Positions 19,204 to 29,618 of a DNA stretch of 64,000 nt are shown here, in pieces. Positions within the stretch are counted from its first letter, which is position 1. Each line of letters begins with the position of its first letter. The position numbers were made by a program, and so were the translations under genes. This DNA is from Bifidobacterium breve (GTDB lineage: Bacteria > Cyanobacteriota > Cyanobacteriia > PCC-6307 > Cyanobiaceae), in contig CALPNT020000001.1 of the NCBI GenBank assembly GCA_943325005.2, positions 5,132 through 69,131 of the forward strand, in the 5' to 3' direction. The notes below the pieces were generated by a model. That model saw only the letters and a list, made by a program, of their open reading frames with translations, did no database searches and had not been told where the DNA came from.

Positions 19204-19612
19204 ACAGGGCAAGGGGGGAAGGCTCCGGTCGGCGCACGGCCAGTTGCAGGCGATTGCCGCGGCGACTCCAACGCACGTCGTCGAAGCAGTGGTGGATCAG
19301 GAACAGCCCGCGGCCGGCCAGGGCATCCACCGCCTCTGGCAGGGCCTGCCGCCGAGCCGGCTGCGGCAGGCCGGGGCCCTCATCCTGGATCTGCCAGACC
19401 AGCCAGCGGGGCGTCTGGATCAGCCGCACCCGCAGGCATTTGCCCGGATCACAGCCGTTGCCGTGGCGCACCGCATTGACCAGAGCCTCATGCAGACCGA
19501 GCTGCAGTTCAGCCAGACGGGCACCACACTCGACCGGCTCCAGCAGAATTTCCACCAGGGGCGCCAACTGCAGCGTCGATGGTGTAATGAAATCGGCCCA
19601 ACGCAACGGCAT
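19169..19612 (-). CDS. Anti-sigma regulatory factor / Ser-Thr protein kinase, RsbW/SpoIIAB-like (HATPase_c)
   Basis: N-box-like EALVNAVRHGN, G1-box DEGPGLP and GRGLFLIH. Size (147 aa) is typical of RsbW-like kinases. Confidence 0.7.
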   Translation of the reverse strand: MPLRWADFITPSTLQLAPLVEILLEPVECGARLAELQLGLHEALVNAVRHGNGCDPGKCLRVRLIQTPRWLVWQIQDEGPGLPQPARRQALPEAVDALAGRGLFLIHHCFDDVRWSRRGNRLQLAVRRPEPSPLALFSGRGWGSPDR

Positions 19613-19654
19613 GTGCAGTGTTGGCCTGCAGGCAACTGCGGGACTGTTTCGACC

Positions 19655-20401
19655 TTAACCCGATGGGCGGCCACTGGCAGGGTTGCTGCGCTGCAACAAC
19701 GCCGGGTGCTGAAGCAGGGCATCCATCAGCCGTACGCCCCGTAACTGGTTGACCAGCGGCATATGGCCCTCGGGCGCCGCCAGCGACCAGGTGAAGGAAC
19801 CGGGATAGCGGGTCCAGCGGCCTTCGTGCTTCCAGCCCAGTCGGGGCCAGAGCCGTTCCCATTGACCGTTGCAAGCCTGCAAAAGCCGGCCCTGCACCGA
19901 AAAGCCGAAGCGTCCGCGCGAATAACAGATCCAGAGCCGATCCAACGATTCCAGATCGACGCCAGGAATCGCCGCCACCTCGCTGTAAAAGACATAGCCC
20001 CGCTGTTCAGCGCCCGGGCCGGCCAGTTGGCGCAGCAGGCTGCTGGTGAGCCGATCGGCTTCTTCAAATTGCAGCAGCATCAGCTGCCGCTGCAACGGGG
20101 CGTAATCAAGGCCGGCCGCACTGCTGACCGCCAGCCAACCAGCTGGATAGCGGGCCAGCAAGGACTCACCCTGGCCGGCCGGACCTGCCGCCAGCAGCAG
20201 CTGCACCAACAGTCCGGCGGCCCAGTCATCGCCGGTGGCATCCAACCGATCCAGTTGGTCGGGGATCAGGGGCAGCAATTCGTCACGGCGTTGCTCGATC
20301 AGCTCCAACAGGCTGCGGCGCTGACGCGGCGAGCCGGAAAGGAAGCGTTCGAGCAGCTGATCGGCGCGGGCGGTGCTGGTGACCGGGGGACCGGAGAGCA
20401 T
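19655..20401 (-). CDS. GUN4-domain protein (Ycf53-like)
   Basis: From ATG 20401. The C-terminal domain ([36 protein letters not shown]...[11 protein letters not shown]) matches the GUN4 porphyrin-binding domain as I recall it. Confidence 0.75.
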   Translation of the reverse strand: MLSGPPVTSTARADQLLERFLSGSPRQRRSLLELIEQRRDELLPLIPDQLDRLDATGDDWAAGLLVQLLLAAGPAGQGESLLARYPAGWLAVSSAAGLDYAPLQRQLMLLQFEEADRLTSSLLRQLAGPGAEQRGYVFYSEVAAIPGVDLESLDRLWICYSRGRFGFSVQGRLLQACNGQWERLWPRLGWKHEGRWTRYPGSFTWSLAAPEGHMPLVNQLRGVRLMDALLQHPALLQRSNPASGRPSG

Positions 20402-20542
20402 GGAGAACGGTCTGCCGAAGGGACATGCGGCCGGGGGCCGTCGGCTTCGAGCCACTATGTCAGGGCAATCAGAATCCCGCCAAACCAGCCGTGGGGGTCC
20501 GGGGTGTTCGCCCTGCCTAGGATTCCGTTTTTGCCAAAGGTC

Positions 20543-20920
20543 ATGGGCGCCGCCATTCAGTTTTTTCGGGGAGTGGACGAACTGGTTGTGCCCGACATCC
20601 GGCTCACCCGTTCCCGCGACGGTCGCACCGGTCAGGCTCTGTTTGTGTTCGAGGAGCCGGTGGCCCTGGCCCCGGAAACGATGGGCGACATCACCGGCAT
20701 GTTCCTGGTCGACGAGGAAGGGGAACTGGTGACGCGCGAGGTCAAGGCCCGCTTCGTCAATGGCAAGGCCTTTGCGCTCGAAGCCACCTACACCTGGAAA
20801 ACCACCGCCGATTTCGAACGCTTCATGCGCTTCGCCCAGCGCTACGCCGACGGTCATGACCTCGGCTTCGCCGGCAAGGACGACGAAGGGGCCGAAGACG
20901 TGGGAGAAGCGGACGCTTGA
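20543..20920 (+). CDS. psb28: Photosystem II assembly factor Psb28
   Basis: [39 protein letters not shown]...FMRFAQRYA, 125 aa. Confidence 0.85.
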   Translation: MGAAIQFFRGVDELVVPDIRLTRSRDGRTGQALFVFEEPVALAPETMGDITGMFLVDEEGELVTREVKARFVNGKAFALEATYTWKTTADFERFMRFAQRYADGHDLGFAGKDDEGAEDVGEADA

Positions 20921-21990
20921 AATTCGGCCAGTGGCTGGGACTGATCGGCCTGGCGGCGGCCCTACTGCTGCTGTGGAGCCTGCGGCACGCCGTGCTGCTG
21001 ATCTTCGCGGCCGTGGTGTTGGCCATGGCCCTCTGCACCCTGGTGGGAGCCGTCCGCCAACGGTTGGGCCTGCCGCGGCTGGCGGCCCTGCTGCTGAGCC
21101 TGCTGGGATTGGTGCTGGTGCTGGCGGTGGCTGGCGCTGTGATGGTGCCGCCGTTTGTCGAGCAATTCGGTCAACTGATCGAGAAGCTGCCCCAGGCCGC
21201 CAGCCTGCTGCTGTCGATGCTGCACCAGGGGCTGCAGCGGGCTACGAGCATCGTCTACGGCAATGCAGACCCCAGCTTTGGCTGGCTGAGTGACAGCTTC
21301 GGCCAGCCAGCCGAGGGAGGGAGTGGCCTCGCCAACGGCCTGGGTGGCGGCCTGCTGAAGCTGCTGGGCTTTGCCGGCAACGTTGGCACCGCCCTGCTGC
21401 AGAGCTTGTTTGTGGTGGCCGTCGCCCTGATGGTGGCCGCCCAGCCCGAGGCCTATCGGGAGGCGCTGCTGCTGCTGGCGCCCTCCTTTTACCGCCGCCG
21501 CCTGCGGCAGGCCTTGTTGCACTGCGGTGAGGCCCTCAGCGCCTGGATGGTGGGGGTGCTGATCAGCTGCGTCTGTGTTGGCACGCTGGCCGCCATCGGG
21601 CTGCTGCTGCTGGGCGTGAAGCTGGTGGCCGCCAATGCGGTGCTGGCCGGCCTGCTCAATGTGATTCCCAACGTCGGGCCCACGCTCAGCACCCTGTTCC
21701 CGATGTCCGTGGCCCTGCTGGAGGAGCCTTGGAAGGCGGCGGCGGTACTGGTGCTGTACGTCGTTGTCCAGAGCCTGGAGAGCTATGTGATCACCCCCTC
21801 GGTGATGCATCACCAGCTGAACCTGCTGCCGGGCTTCACCCTGATGGCCCAGCTGCTGTTCACGGTGGTGTTCGGTCCTCTGGGGCTGCTGCTCGCCCTG
21901 CCCCTGACCGTGTGCCTGCAGGTGCTGATCAGGGAGCTGCTGATCCACGACATCCTCGATCCGTGGAAGCTGCAGTGGAGGAGTCGATGA
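20917..21990 (+). CDS. AI-2E family transporter (PerM/UPF0118), copy 1
   Basis: 357-aa polytopic membrane protein with AI-2E-like topology. TTG start overlaps the psb28 stop (TTGA). Confidence 0.75.
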   Translation: MKFGQWLGLIGLAAALLLLWSLRHAVLLIFAAVVLAMALCTLVGAVRQRLGLPRLAALLLSLLGLVLVLAVAGAVMVPPFVEQFGQLIEKLPQAASLLLSMLHQGLQRATSIVYGNADPSFGWLSDSFGQPAEGGSGLANGLGGGLLKLLGFAGNVGTALLQSLFVVAVALMVAAQPEAYREALLLLAPSFYRRRLRQALLHCGEALSAWMVGVLISCVCVGTLAAIGLLLLGVKLVAANAVLAGLLNVIPNVGPTLSTLFPMSVALLEEPWKAAAVLVLYVVVQSLESYVITPSVMHHQLNLLPGFTLMAQLLFTVVFGPLGLLLALPLTVCLQVLIRELLIHDILDPWKLQWRSR

Positions 21991-22994
21991 AAGCCCGCAC
22001 CCTGTTGGGAGCCCTGGCGCTGGTGGTGCTGTCGCTGCTGGTGTGGGAGCTGCGCTGGGTGCTGCTGGTGCTGTTCGGCGCGGTGGTGCTGGCGGTGGCC
22101 CTGGATGTGCCGATCAGCCTGCTGCGCCGTGTCTTTCGCTTCAACCGACCCGCGGCCCTGGCGATCGTGCTGGTGCTGCTGGTGCTGGTGGGCTGGCAGA
22201 TCTCCAACCTGCTGCTGCCTGAGGTGCTTCAGCAGATCCAGCAGTTGATCCAGCTGGTTCCGGTGCTCACCCACCGCCTGGCGGCCCTCGGCAGCCAGGT
22301 GCCCTGGTTGCCCGACCTGGAGCGCCAACTCACTTCCGGTACCTACTGGGAGCGGCTGCAGCCGCTCGGCGCCCAGGTGCTCGGGGTGGCTGGCGGTGCG
22401 GCCAACACCAGCATCCAGCTGCTGCTGATGGCCCTGCTGGCCATCCTGATGGCGCTGGATCCGCGCAGCCATCAGCGGTTGGTGGTGGCGGCGACGCCGG
22501 CCTTCTACCGCGCTCGCATGGCCACCCTGCTGAGCGAATGTCGCGAGGCGTTGGGGGGCTGGCTTGCCGGCATGACACTCTCCTGCGTGGTGGTTTTTCT
22601 CACCACCTGGGCGGGACTGGCCCTGCTCAAGGTGCCCCTGGCCTTGCTCAGTGGCCTGGTGTGTGGGCTGCTCACCTTTGTTCCCACGATTGGCCCCACC
22701 GCCGCGAGCCTGATGCCGCTGGCGGTGGCCCTGCTGGTGTCACCCACGAAGGTGCTCCAGGTGCTGGTGCTGCGCCTGGTGCTGCAGAACGCAGAGGCGT
22801 TCTTGCTCACGCCGGTGCTGTTGAAGCGCACGGTCAACCTGCTGCCCACGGTGGCCTTGATGTCTCAGCTTTGCCTGGGCGCTCTGCTGGGATTACCTGG
22901 CCTGCTGCTCGCCCTGCCTCTGGTGGTGGTGCTGCAGGTGGTTTGCGAGGAAGTGTTGGTGCGCGACATCATGGATCGCTGGGACGGGCACTGA
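21987..22994 (+). CDS. AI-2E family transporter (PerM/UPF0118), copy 2
   Basis: ATG at 21987 overlaps the stop of copy 1 (ATGA). Same architecture, making it a tandem paralogue. Confidence 0.75.
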   Translation: MKARTLLGALALVVLSLLVWELRWVLLVLFGAVVLAVALDVPISLLRRVFRFNRPAALAIVLVLLVLVGWQISNLLLPEVLQQIQQLIQLVPVLTHRLAALGSQVPWLPDLERQLTSGTYWERLQPLGAQVLGVAGGAANTSIQLLLMALLAILMALDPRSHQRLVVAATPAFYRARMATLLSECREALGGWLAGMTLSCVVVFLTTWAGLALLKVPLALLSGLVCGLLTFVPTIGPTAASLMPLAVALLVSPTKVLQVLVLRLVLQNAEAFLLTPVLLKRTVNLLPTVALMSQLCLGALLGLPGLLLALPLVVVLQVVCEEVLVRDIMDRWDGH

Positions 22995-23223
22995 ATTCGC
23001 CTGCCTGGGGCTGCCGCTTTCGATAGCGACGCCAGAGCGAAGGTTGGGCCAGCAACACCACCACAGCCAGGGGATGGGAGCGAATCGCCGTCACCAGGGT
23101 GGTGACGGTGAAATGATCGATCAGCAACTGCAAATCAACGCGCAGGTCGCCCAGAGCGAGCAGCAGCAGCAGCGGCGGCAACAGCGACCAGGAGCGCTGA
23201 CTCTTGGTCGCTTGCGAGTTCAT
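22969..23223 (-). CDS. Small membrane protein, unknown function
   Basis: ATG overlaps the secF stop (ATGA). Hydrophobic segments are present. The 3' end overlaps the convergent AI-2E gene by 26 nt. Confidence 0.4.
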   Translation of the reverse strand: MNSQATKSQRSWSLLPPLLLLLALGDLRVDLQLLIDHFTVTTLVTAIRSHPLAVVVLLAQPSLWRRYRKRQPQAGEFSARPSDP

Positions 23224-24212
23224 CGGCGTGAAAGCACAGGTAGAAGGGTGGGGGCAAGGCCGATGCTGGACCAGCTGCCTACGCCGATGCCGACGATCAA
23301 GGCCACCGCGAACCAGAACAGACTGCTGCCGCCGAAAAACAGCAGACCGAACAAGGGCAGCAAGGTGGTGAGCGAGGTGTAAAGCGAACGGGTGAGGGTG
23401 GCATCGACGGCCACATCCACCTGATCAATCAAGGGCACATCGGCCAAGAGTTTGCGCTGCTCGCGGATACGGTCGTAGATCACGACCGTATCGGTGACCG
23501 AATAACCCGCCACCGTGATCAGCGAGACAGCAAACAGGGAATCCACCTCAATCCCCTGCAATAGCCCCAGCCAGGCAAAGACGCCACAGGTGATCAACAC
23601 ATCGTGGGCGAGGCAGAGCAAGGCCAGAAAGGCAAAGACGCCGTTGTACATGAAGCTGATATAGACAGCAATCGCGGCGAAACTGACCAGCAGCGACACA
23701 ATGCTGCCGCGCAACAACCTTGAACCCAGGGTGGGGCCAATGGTGTTGATCGAGGTGCCACTGGTCTTGAGCGGCCCGGTGACGGGCGTGAGGTCTTCAA
23801 TCAGAACGGTGCTCTGCTCAGCGCTCAGAGCCGGTAGCCGCAGCAGCAAAGAGCGGCCGCCATCGAGCACCTGCACCGAGGAACTGCTGAGATTGGGGGT
23901 GATCTCACCGGGGACAGCCGGCAGCGAAAGATCGCTGAGGCGCTGCTGGAGCTGGGAGACGCTGAGTTCAGCGCAGGCGTTCTGACAGCGACGCTCCACC
24001 TGGATCTGGGTGCCACCAGTGAAATCAAGGCCCGGCTTCAGCGGCAAGCCAATGGCGGGATTGAGCCAGCAGAGCACCAGGCCCAGCAGGCTGAGTCCGC
24101 AAGCGATCGCTGAGGCGATCCAAGCCAGACGCCGATGGCGGCTGATGCGCATGTAACGGATCGGGATCGCCGCGGCGCTGGTGGCCGGAACTGGAGCTGG
24201 GGAGGAAACCAT
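23220..24212 (-). CDS. secF: Protein translocase subunit SecF
   Basis: 330 aa with a 6-TM SecF pattern (GLDFTGGTQIQV..., C-terminal RND-like TM bundle), immediately downstream of secD. Confidence 0.9.
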   Translation of the reverse strand: MVSSPAPVPATSAAAIPIRYMRISRHRRLAWIASAIACGLSLLGLVLCWLNPAIGLPLKPGLDFTGGTQIQVERRCQNACAELSVSQLQQRLSDLSLPAVPGEITPNLSSSSVQVLDGGRSLLLRLPALSAEQSTVLIEDLTPVTGPLKTSGTSINTIGPTLGSRLLRGSIVSLLVSFAAIAVYISFMYNGVFAFLALLCLAHDVLITCGVFAWLGLLQGIEVDSLFAVSLITVAGYSVTDTVVIYDRIREQRKLLADVPLIDQVDVAVDATLTRSLYTSLTTLLPLFGLLFFGGSSLFWFAVALIVGIGVGSWSSIGLAPTLLPVLSRR

Positions 24213-24233
24213 CAGGGGCAGACAGGGTCGGGC

Positions 24234-25736
24234 TCAGGCCGCCGATGCGGGCAACTGGGCAGCGGGCAGGAAGTAGGTGGGACGGCGCAGGGCCGGGTAG
24301 CTCATCAGCAGCCTCAGCAGGCTGCGGGTGCAGGTGAGGGCCGTGAACAGGCTCAACAGCAGGCCGATCGCCAGGGTGACAGCAAAGCCCTTGACCAGGC
24401 CGGTGCCGAGGAAAAACAGGGCGGCGCAACTGATCAGGCCGGTGATGTGCCCATCAAAGATCGAAGAGAAGGCCCGGGCAAAACCGGTGTCGATCGAACG
24501 GATCAGGGTGTTGCCGGAGCGCAGCTCCTCCTTCACCCGCTCAAAGATCAGCACATTGGCATCCACCGCCATACCCACCGAAAGGATGAAGCCGGCGATC
24601 CCGGGCAGCGTGAGGGTGACCGGGATCAGGGCGTAGACCGCCAGGTTGTAGAGCGAATACAGGCTGAGGGCCAGCACCGAAACCAGGCCCGGCAGCCGAT
24701 AGACCACCACCATGAACACCCCCACCAGAGCCAGGCCGGAGAGGGCGGCCAGCAGGCTGGAGCGGATGTTTTCAGCGCCGAGCGAGGGGCCGATGGTGCG
24801 CACTTCGACGATCTTCACGGGCAACGGCAGGGAGCCCCCGCGAAGCTGCACCTCCAGATCCCTGGCCTCATCTGGAGTGAAGTTACCGGTGATGCTGGCG
24901 GATCCACCGGCGATGCCGGCGGCCTTGAACTCCTCGCCGACACTGGCCTCGCTGATCGAACGGCCGTCGAGCACGATGCCGAGCAGGCGGCCGGTACCGG
25001 CGATCGACTGGGTGAGCTCAGCGAACTTCTCGCCGCCTTCGCGATTGAAGCCCAAGGTCACCTCCCAGGCATTGCCGGTGGCTTTCTGCTGCCGTCCGGC
25101 ACTGGTGAGGTCCTTGCCGGTGAGCAGGGTGGGGCCGTAGAGGCTGACGATGCGGCGATTGACCTCAGCCAGCAGCACGTCAATCTGGTCCGTTTCGCTG
25201 CTGCCTTCCGGCACGGTGAGACCGAGGGCCCGCAGAGATTTGGCCAGATCCTCCGGTGCCAATTGGGGCTTGGGCGGTGGCGGCGGCAGGCCGCTGTCGG
25301 TGCTGGTCGGTTGCGGTTGCTTGGAGGCCAGCACAGCCTCCGCCTGACGTTTGAGTTGCAGCAGCCCCTGCATTTCCTGCTCGGTGCCGGGCTTCTGGGC
25401 CTTGAACTCCAGCAGGGCTGTGCTGCCAAGCACTTTGGCGGCGCGGCCGGGGTTCTGCTCACCGGGCAGCTGCAGCATCAGCTGGTCTGAACCGATGGTC
25501 TGCAGGGTGGACTCAGCCACCCCCAAACCGTTGATGCGCCGCTCCAGCACATCCTTGACGGCTTCCAGTTGTTCGCTTTCCACTTTCAAGATGGTGCCGG
25601 CCGGCATCACCTGGAGAGTGAGCTGACTACCACCCCGCAGATCCAGCCCCAGTTGCAGGCCATAGGTGGCGAGCATGACCCCGCTGGCGATGGCCAGCAC
25701 CAGGATGAAAGCGACCCAGCCCTGTTGACGTGCCAT
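24234..25736 (-). CDS. secD: Protein translocase subunit SecD
   Basis: From ATG 25736 (MARQQGWVAFILVL...). LGLDLRGGSQLTLQV, a large periplasmic domain and a C-terminal TM bundle. Confidence 0.9.
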   Translation of the reverse strand: MARQQGWVAFILVLAIASGVMLATYGLQLGLDLRGGSQLTLQVMPAGTILKVESEQLEAVKDVLERRINGLGVAESTLQTIGSDQLMLQLPGEQNPGRAAKVLGSTALLEFKAQKPGTEQEMQGLLQLKRQAEAVLASKQPQPTSTDSGLPPPPPKPQLAPEDLAKSLRALGLTVPEGSSETDQIDVLLAEVNRRIVSLYGPTLLTGKDLTSAGRQQKATGNAWEVTLGFNREGGEKFAELTQSIAGTGRLLGIVLDGRSISEASVGEEFKAAGIAGGSASITGNFTPDEARDLEVQLRGGSLPLPVKIVEVRTIGPSLGAENIRSSLLAALSGLALVGVFMVVVYRLPGLVSVLALSLYSLYNLAVYALIPVTLTLPGIAGFILSVGMAVDANVLIFERVKEELRSGNTLIRSIDTGFARAFSSIFDGHITGLISCAALFFLGTGLVKGFAVTLAIGLLLSLFTALTCTRSLLRLLMSYPALRRPTYFLPAAQLPASAA

Positions 25737-25737
25737 C

Positions 25738-26748
25738 TCAGATTTGACCGCTCTTAAGTTGACGAGCGGCCTCAACAATCTGATGGGGCTGGATGATCGT
25801 CAGATTTTCGAGATTACCGTTGTAAGGCGTGGGGATGTCCTGGGAGGAAAGGCGCACCGGCCTGGCATCAAGATCATCGAAGCAGTGCTCGGTGATCAGG
25901 GCGAGCAGCTCGGCGCCGATACCACCAGTTTTCATGCATTCCTCCACCACCAGCACCTTGTGAGTCTTGCGAATCGAGGTGGCGATGGTCTCCATGTCAA
26001 AGGGCTTGAGGCTCACCAGGTCGATCAGCTCCACATCCACCCCTTCAGCTTCAAGCTGTTCCACCGCCTTGAGGCAGTGGTAACGCATGCGCGAATAAGT
26101 AAGGATGGTGACGTCCTTACCGACGCGCACCACCTCGGCCTGATCGAGGGCGCAGATGTAATCTCCTTCCGGGATATCTTCTGAGAGATTATAAAGCAAC
26201 ACGTGCTCGAAGAACAACACCGGATTGTTATCGCGGATCGCGGCCTTCATCAGGCCCTTGGCATTGGTGGGGGTGCTGACCGCGACGATCTTGATACCGG
26301 GCACCGCGTGAAAATAAGCCTCGAGCCGCTGGCTGTGTTCAGCGCCGAGCTGGCGACCGACACCACCGGGGCCCCGCACCACGGTGGGAATCGTGTAGTT
26401 GCCGCCGCTGGTGTAGCGGAGCATGCCCATGTTGTTGGAGATCTGGTTGAAGGCCAGCAACAGGAAGCCCATGTTCATGCCCTCGACAATCGGCCGCAGG
26501 CCGGTCATCGCTGCGCCGACGGCCATGCCGGTGAAGCTGTTTTCAGCAATCGGCGTATCGAGCACGCGCAGCTCGCCGTACTTCTCGTAGAGATCCTTGG
26601 TGACCTTGTAAGAGCCGCCGTACTGACCGACGTCCTCCCCCATCACGCAGACATAGGGATCCCTCGCCATCTCTTCATCGATGGCCTCACGCAGGGCATT
26701 GAACAGGAGGGTTTCGGCCACGGCAGAAAGGCTCGGGGGCTGGCGCAC
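25738..26748 (-). CDS. pdhB: Pyruvate dehydrogenase E1 component beta subunit
   Basis: [30 protein letters not shown]..., with full-length transketolase-like pyrimidine-binding and C-terminal domains. GTG at 26721 is an alternative start. Confidence 0.9.
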   Translation of the reverse strand: MRQPPSLSAVAETLLFNALREAIDEEMARDPYVCVMGEDVGQYGGSYKVTKDLYEKYGELRVLDTPIAENSFTGMAVGAAMTGLRPIVEGMNMGFLLLAFNQISNNMGMLRYTSGGNYTIPTVVRGPGGVGRQLGAEHSQRLEAYFHAVPGIKIVAVSTPTNAKGLMKAAIRDNNPVLFFEHVLLYNLSEDIPEGDYICALDQAEVVRVGKDVTILTYSRMRYHCLKAVEQLEAEGVDVELIDLVSLKPFDMETIATSIRKTHKVLVVEECMKTGGIGAELLALITEHCFDDLDARPVRLSSQDIPTPYNGNLENLTIIQPHQIVEAARQLKSGQI

Positions 26749-26788
26749 CGTTGAGAGCGGAGCGGGCTCAACTTAGCCTCCTCGACCC

Positions 26789-26884
26789 TCAGCCACCGGC
26801 CGCGAACGTGGTCAGGAGCAGCACCGACAGCAGCATGCCCGGCAGAAGCAGCGCCACCAACAGGCCGAGATCGTGGGGAGTCAT
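26789..26884 (-). CDS. Candidate 31-aa hydrophobic peptide (below the ORF-track length cutoff)
   Basis: ATG at 26884, TGA at 26789-26791. MTPHDLGLLVALLLPGMLLSVLLLTTFAAGG forms one TM helix. About 27 of 31 codons end in G/C, as in genuine genes here. No SD seen and no family recognised. Confidence 0.3.
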   Translation of the reverse strand: MTPHDLGLLVALLLPGMLLSVLLLTTFAAGG

Positions 26885-26920
26885 GGGGACGAAGCGGCAG
26901 CGGCCATTGCAGGCGGCAGC

Positions 26921-27346
26921 TTAGGAAGGCTTGGCTGCCACGGCAGGTCGCAGGCTGCGCAGGAAGGTGAGCAGCAGGCCGATGCCGATGAAAGCGAAGC
27001 TGAAGGTGGCCAGAAAACACATGCCGACAATCAGGGTCTTGAGGGCGGTGGCGATGCTCTGGGCGATCTGGACGTCGTAGTGGGGAGGGTGCTCGGCGTA
27101 GTAGCCGACGACGCGGCTGCTCAACCCCAGGCAGACCCAGGCCAGCAGGCCGCTGGTGAGGGCGCCGGAGAGGAAGCTCAGCGGCCCCTTGCGTGGGGCC
27201 GCTGGGCCAGCCGTTTCATTGGACACCGAGGCAGCAGCAGCATCGGCTGCCCTGGGAGGGGCCGTGCCTGCGGCTGCTGAGGGCTGCGCCTCCGGCCTGG
27301 CCGGAGCCGGATCACCGGCCTGGGTCGCTGCGGGGTCGGAAGACAT
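26921..27346 (-). CDS. Membrane protein (resembles cyanobacterial DUF3082)
   Basis: Disordered A/P-rich N-terminus followed by two TMs (LSGALTSGLLAWVCLGL..., LIVGMCFLATFSFAFIGIGLLL). Confidence 0.5.
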   Translation of the reverse strand: MSSDPAATQAGDPAPARPEAQPSAAAGTAPPRAADAAAASVSNETAGPAAPRKGPLSFLSGALTSGLLAWVCLGLSSRVVGYYAEHPPHYDVQIAQSIATALKTLIVGMCFLATFSFAFIGIGLLLTFLRSLRPAVAAKPS

Positions 27347-27352
27347 GGGGAC

Positions 27353-28303
27353 TCAGGCGGGAAAGGCGGCCCCTTCCAGGGTGACACCGGCTGGGCGGAA
27401 CCGGCAGCACCAGCTCTCGAAACCGGCCGCTTCCAGGTCCGGGGCGATCTGCAATCGGCCCGCCTCGGCTTCCTCCCGGTGGCGATAGAGGGCAAACAGG
27501 CTCGGGCCGGAGCCACTCATCGCCACCGCCAGCGGATCCCCTGCCCGGCGCAGCAGCTGCAGCCCCTGCACCACGCTCTCCACCTCCGGTGCCACCACCA
27601 TCTGCAGGTCGTTGCGCAGTAGCGGCAAGGGCCCCTCGCCACGCAGGGCCTGGACCAATGGGCCCTGCCGCAAGCTCTGGCGCCGTTGTTCGAAGTCCTC
27701 CTCACAGCTGAGGTAGAAGTCGCTGCGCATCTCGCGGCAGCGGCCGTAGGCCCAGGGTGTGGAGACGCTCACGGCCGGCTGCTTGATCAACAGCACCGCC
27801 CAGGCGCGCTCCTGCTCTGGATTGACCGCTTCGAGAAACTCGCCCCGGCCGAAACAGAGGCGGCTGCCCCCCTCCAGACAGAAGGGCATGTCGGAGCCCA
27901 GTTCAGCGGCGAAACCCAGCAACGTCGTCTGGCTGAAGCCCAGGCCCCAGAGGCTGTTCAGGCCCAGCAGTGCGGCGGCTCCATCGCTGGAGCCGCCCGC
28001 CAGGCCGGCACCGATCGGGATGCGCTTCAGCAGCTGGATCCGGGCCCCCAGCTCCGGCAGGCCGGCGCGGGCCTTGAGCAGCTCGGCGGCCCGCACCACC
28101 AGGTTGCCGCCATCGGTGGGCAGCTCGGCGCGATCGCAGGCCAGGTGAATCTGGCCATCGGCTGTGGGCGCCATGGTGAGCTGATCGCCGAGATCGAGGC
28201 TCTGCATCACCATCGCCAGCTCGTGATAGCCATCGCTGCGCAGGCCCAGCACCTCCAGGTGCAGGTTGATCTTGGCGGGAGCAAAGACGGTGAGAGGGGC
28301 CAT
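27353..28303 (-). CDS. ispE: 4-diphosphocytidyl-2-C-methyl-D-erythritol kinase
   Basis: [12 protein letters not shown]-terminus and GHMP kinase motif [15 protein letters not shown]. Confidence 0.9.
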   Translation of the reverse strand: MAPLTVFAPAKINLHLEVLGLRSDGYHELAMVMQSLDLGDQLTMAPTADGQIHLACDRAELPTDGGNLVVRAAELLKARAGLPELGARIQLLKRIPIGAGLAGGSSDGAAALLGLNSLWGLGFSQTTLLGFAAELGSDMPFCLEGGSRLCFGRGEFLEAVNPEQERAWAVLLIKQPAVSVSTPWAYGRCREMRSDFYLSCEEDFEQRRQSLRQGPLVQALRGEGPLPLLRNDLQMVVAPEVESVVQGLQLLRRAGDPLAVAMSGSGPSLFALYRHREEAEAGRLQIAPDLEAAGFESWCCRFRPAGVTLEGAAFPA

Positions 28304-28306
28304 CGA

Positions 28307-29149
28307 TCAGCCGGCGGGGGCGGCGCTGCTGAGCCGATTCAAACCGTTGGCCAGCGCCACCCAGGTCTGGGGTGCCAGCTCCTGGGGCCGTTGTTCCAGG
28401 TTCAAGGCCAGCTCCTGGGCCAGCTGCAACAGCTGGGGTGCTGGCAGCAGACCGGCCAGGCTGTTGCGCAGCATCTTGCGGCGCGCCGCAAAGCAACGTC
28501 GCAGCAGCAGCTCAACCTGGCGGGCGCTCGGCGTGGGCAGCAACTGCTCCGCCGCCAGGGGCTCCAACAGGATCACCTCCGACATCACTTTCGGCGGTGG
28601 AACAAAACAACGGGGCGGCACGGCGCAGATCGAGCTGCAACGGGCCAGCAGCTGCATCCGCACGCTCAGGGCCGAGTAGGCGCTGCTGCCGGGGGTGGCC
28701 CTGATCCGCTCACCCACCTCCTGCTGCACCAGCAGCACCAGCCGCTGATAAGGGGGCAGCACGGGGCGATCGAGGCGACCCACCAACCGTTCCAGCAGGG
28801 GTCCGGTGATGTTGTAGGGGATGTTGGCCACCACCTTGCGTGGGAGTTCCACTCCAGCCGGTGGCAAGGGCACCGTCAGCACATCCCCTTCCATCAATTG
28901 GAAGCGCTGATCAGCACCGAACTGAACCCTCAGCCCCGCCACCAGATCCCGATCCAGTTCCACCGCCAGCAGCGCCGCCAGCGGCGTGGCCAGGAGCCGT
29001 TCCGTCAGCGCCCCGCGACCAGGCCCCACTTCCAGCACCCGATCGCCGGGAGCGAGCTCGGCGGCGGCGACGATGCGATCCAGCACCGAGCCATCCGTCA
29101 GCCAGTGCTGGCCGAAGCGTTTGCGGGCGCGATGGGCGCCGAAGGACAT
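28307..29149 (-). CDS. rsmA: 16S rRNA (adenine1518/1519-N6)-dimethyltransferase
   Basis: ARKRFGQHWL, VLEVGPGRGALT and NIPYNITGP motifs. ATG at 29149, with a TTG at 29155 that is longer. Confidence 0.9.
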   Translation of the reverse strand: MSFGAHRARKRFGQHWLTDGSVLDRIVAAAELAPGDRVLEVGPGRGALTERLLATPLAALLAVELDRDLVAGLRVQFGADQRFQLMEGDVLTVPLPPAGVELPRKVVANIPYNITGPLLERLVGRLDRPVLPPYQRLVLLVQQEVGERIRATPGSSAYSALSVRMQLLARCSSICAVPPRCFVPPPKVMSEVILLEPLAAEQLLPTPSARQVELLLRRCFAARRKMLRNSLAGLLPAPQLLQLAQELALNLEQRPQELAPQTWVALANGLNRLSSAAPAG

Positions 29150-29226
29150 CTGCAAGCCTCAGTTCTCCCCAGATTGCTCCCAGCCGGGACCCGGCTGGCT
29201 AGAGAAAGGGTTGCCAGCTGGAATCG

Positions 29227-29589
29227 ATGGCCCATCCGATGCCGCCGTTCTCTCCCCAAGGGCCCGTCCAGACCAGGCACGGGCTCGCCCTGGCGCAACT
29301 CAGCCTGACCCTGGCGGGACTCACTCTGGCGGCAACTCCAGCCCTGGCCGGCAGTGTCACGGCCGATTCGGTGATGGACAAATCAGGGGCCCGCCAGGCG
29401 GCGATGTCCCAGGTGCCCAGAGGAGCCACCATCATCAAGACCAAGTGCCTGGAGCTGGAGGTGGGCATGGACAACATCCGCTATCGCTGCACCGTCTGGT
29501 ACGCCAATCCGCCGGTGCTGCCGCCAACCCCCGCGCAGCTGCCTGGCGCTGCGCCGGCCCCTGGCAGCAGCACCGCACCCGGCAGCTGA
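29227..29589 (+). CDS. Small exported protein, unknown function
   Basis: Signal-peptide-like LALAQLSLTLAGLTLAATPALAG, two Cys residues (KCLELE...YRCTVW) and a P/A-rich tail. Confidence 0.5.
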   Translation: MAHPMPPFSPQGPVQTRHGLALAQLSLTLAGLTLAATPALAGSVTADSVMDKSGARQAAMSQVPRGATIIKTKCLELEVGMDNIRYRCTVWYANPPVLPPTPAQLPGAAPAPGSSTAPGS

Positions 29590-29618
29590 ACCCCGCGCGC
29601 GCGGCCGCAGCGGAGCGA

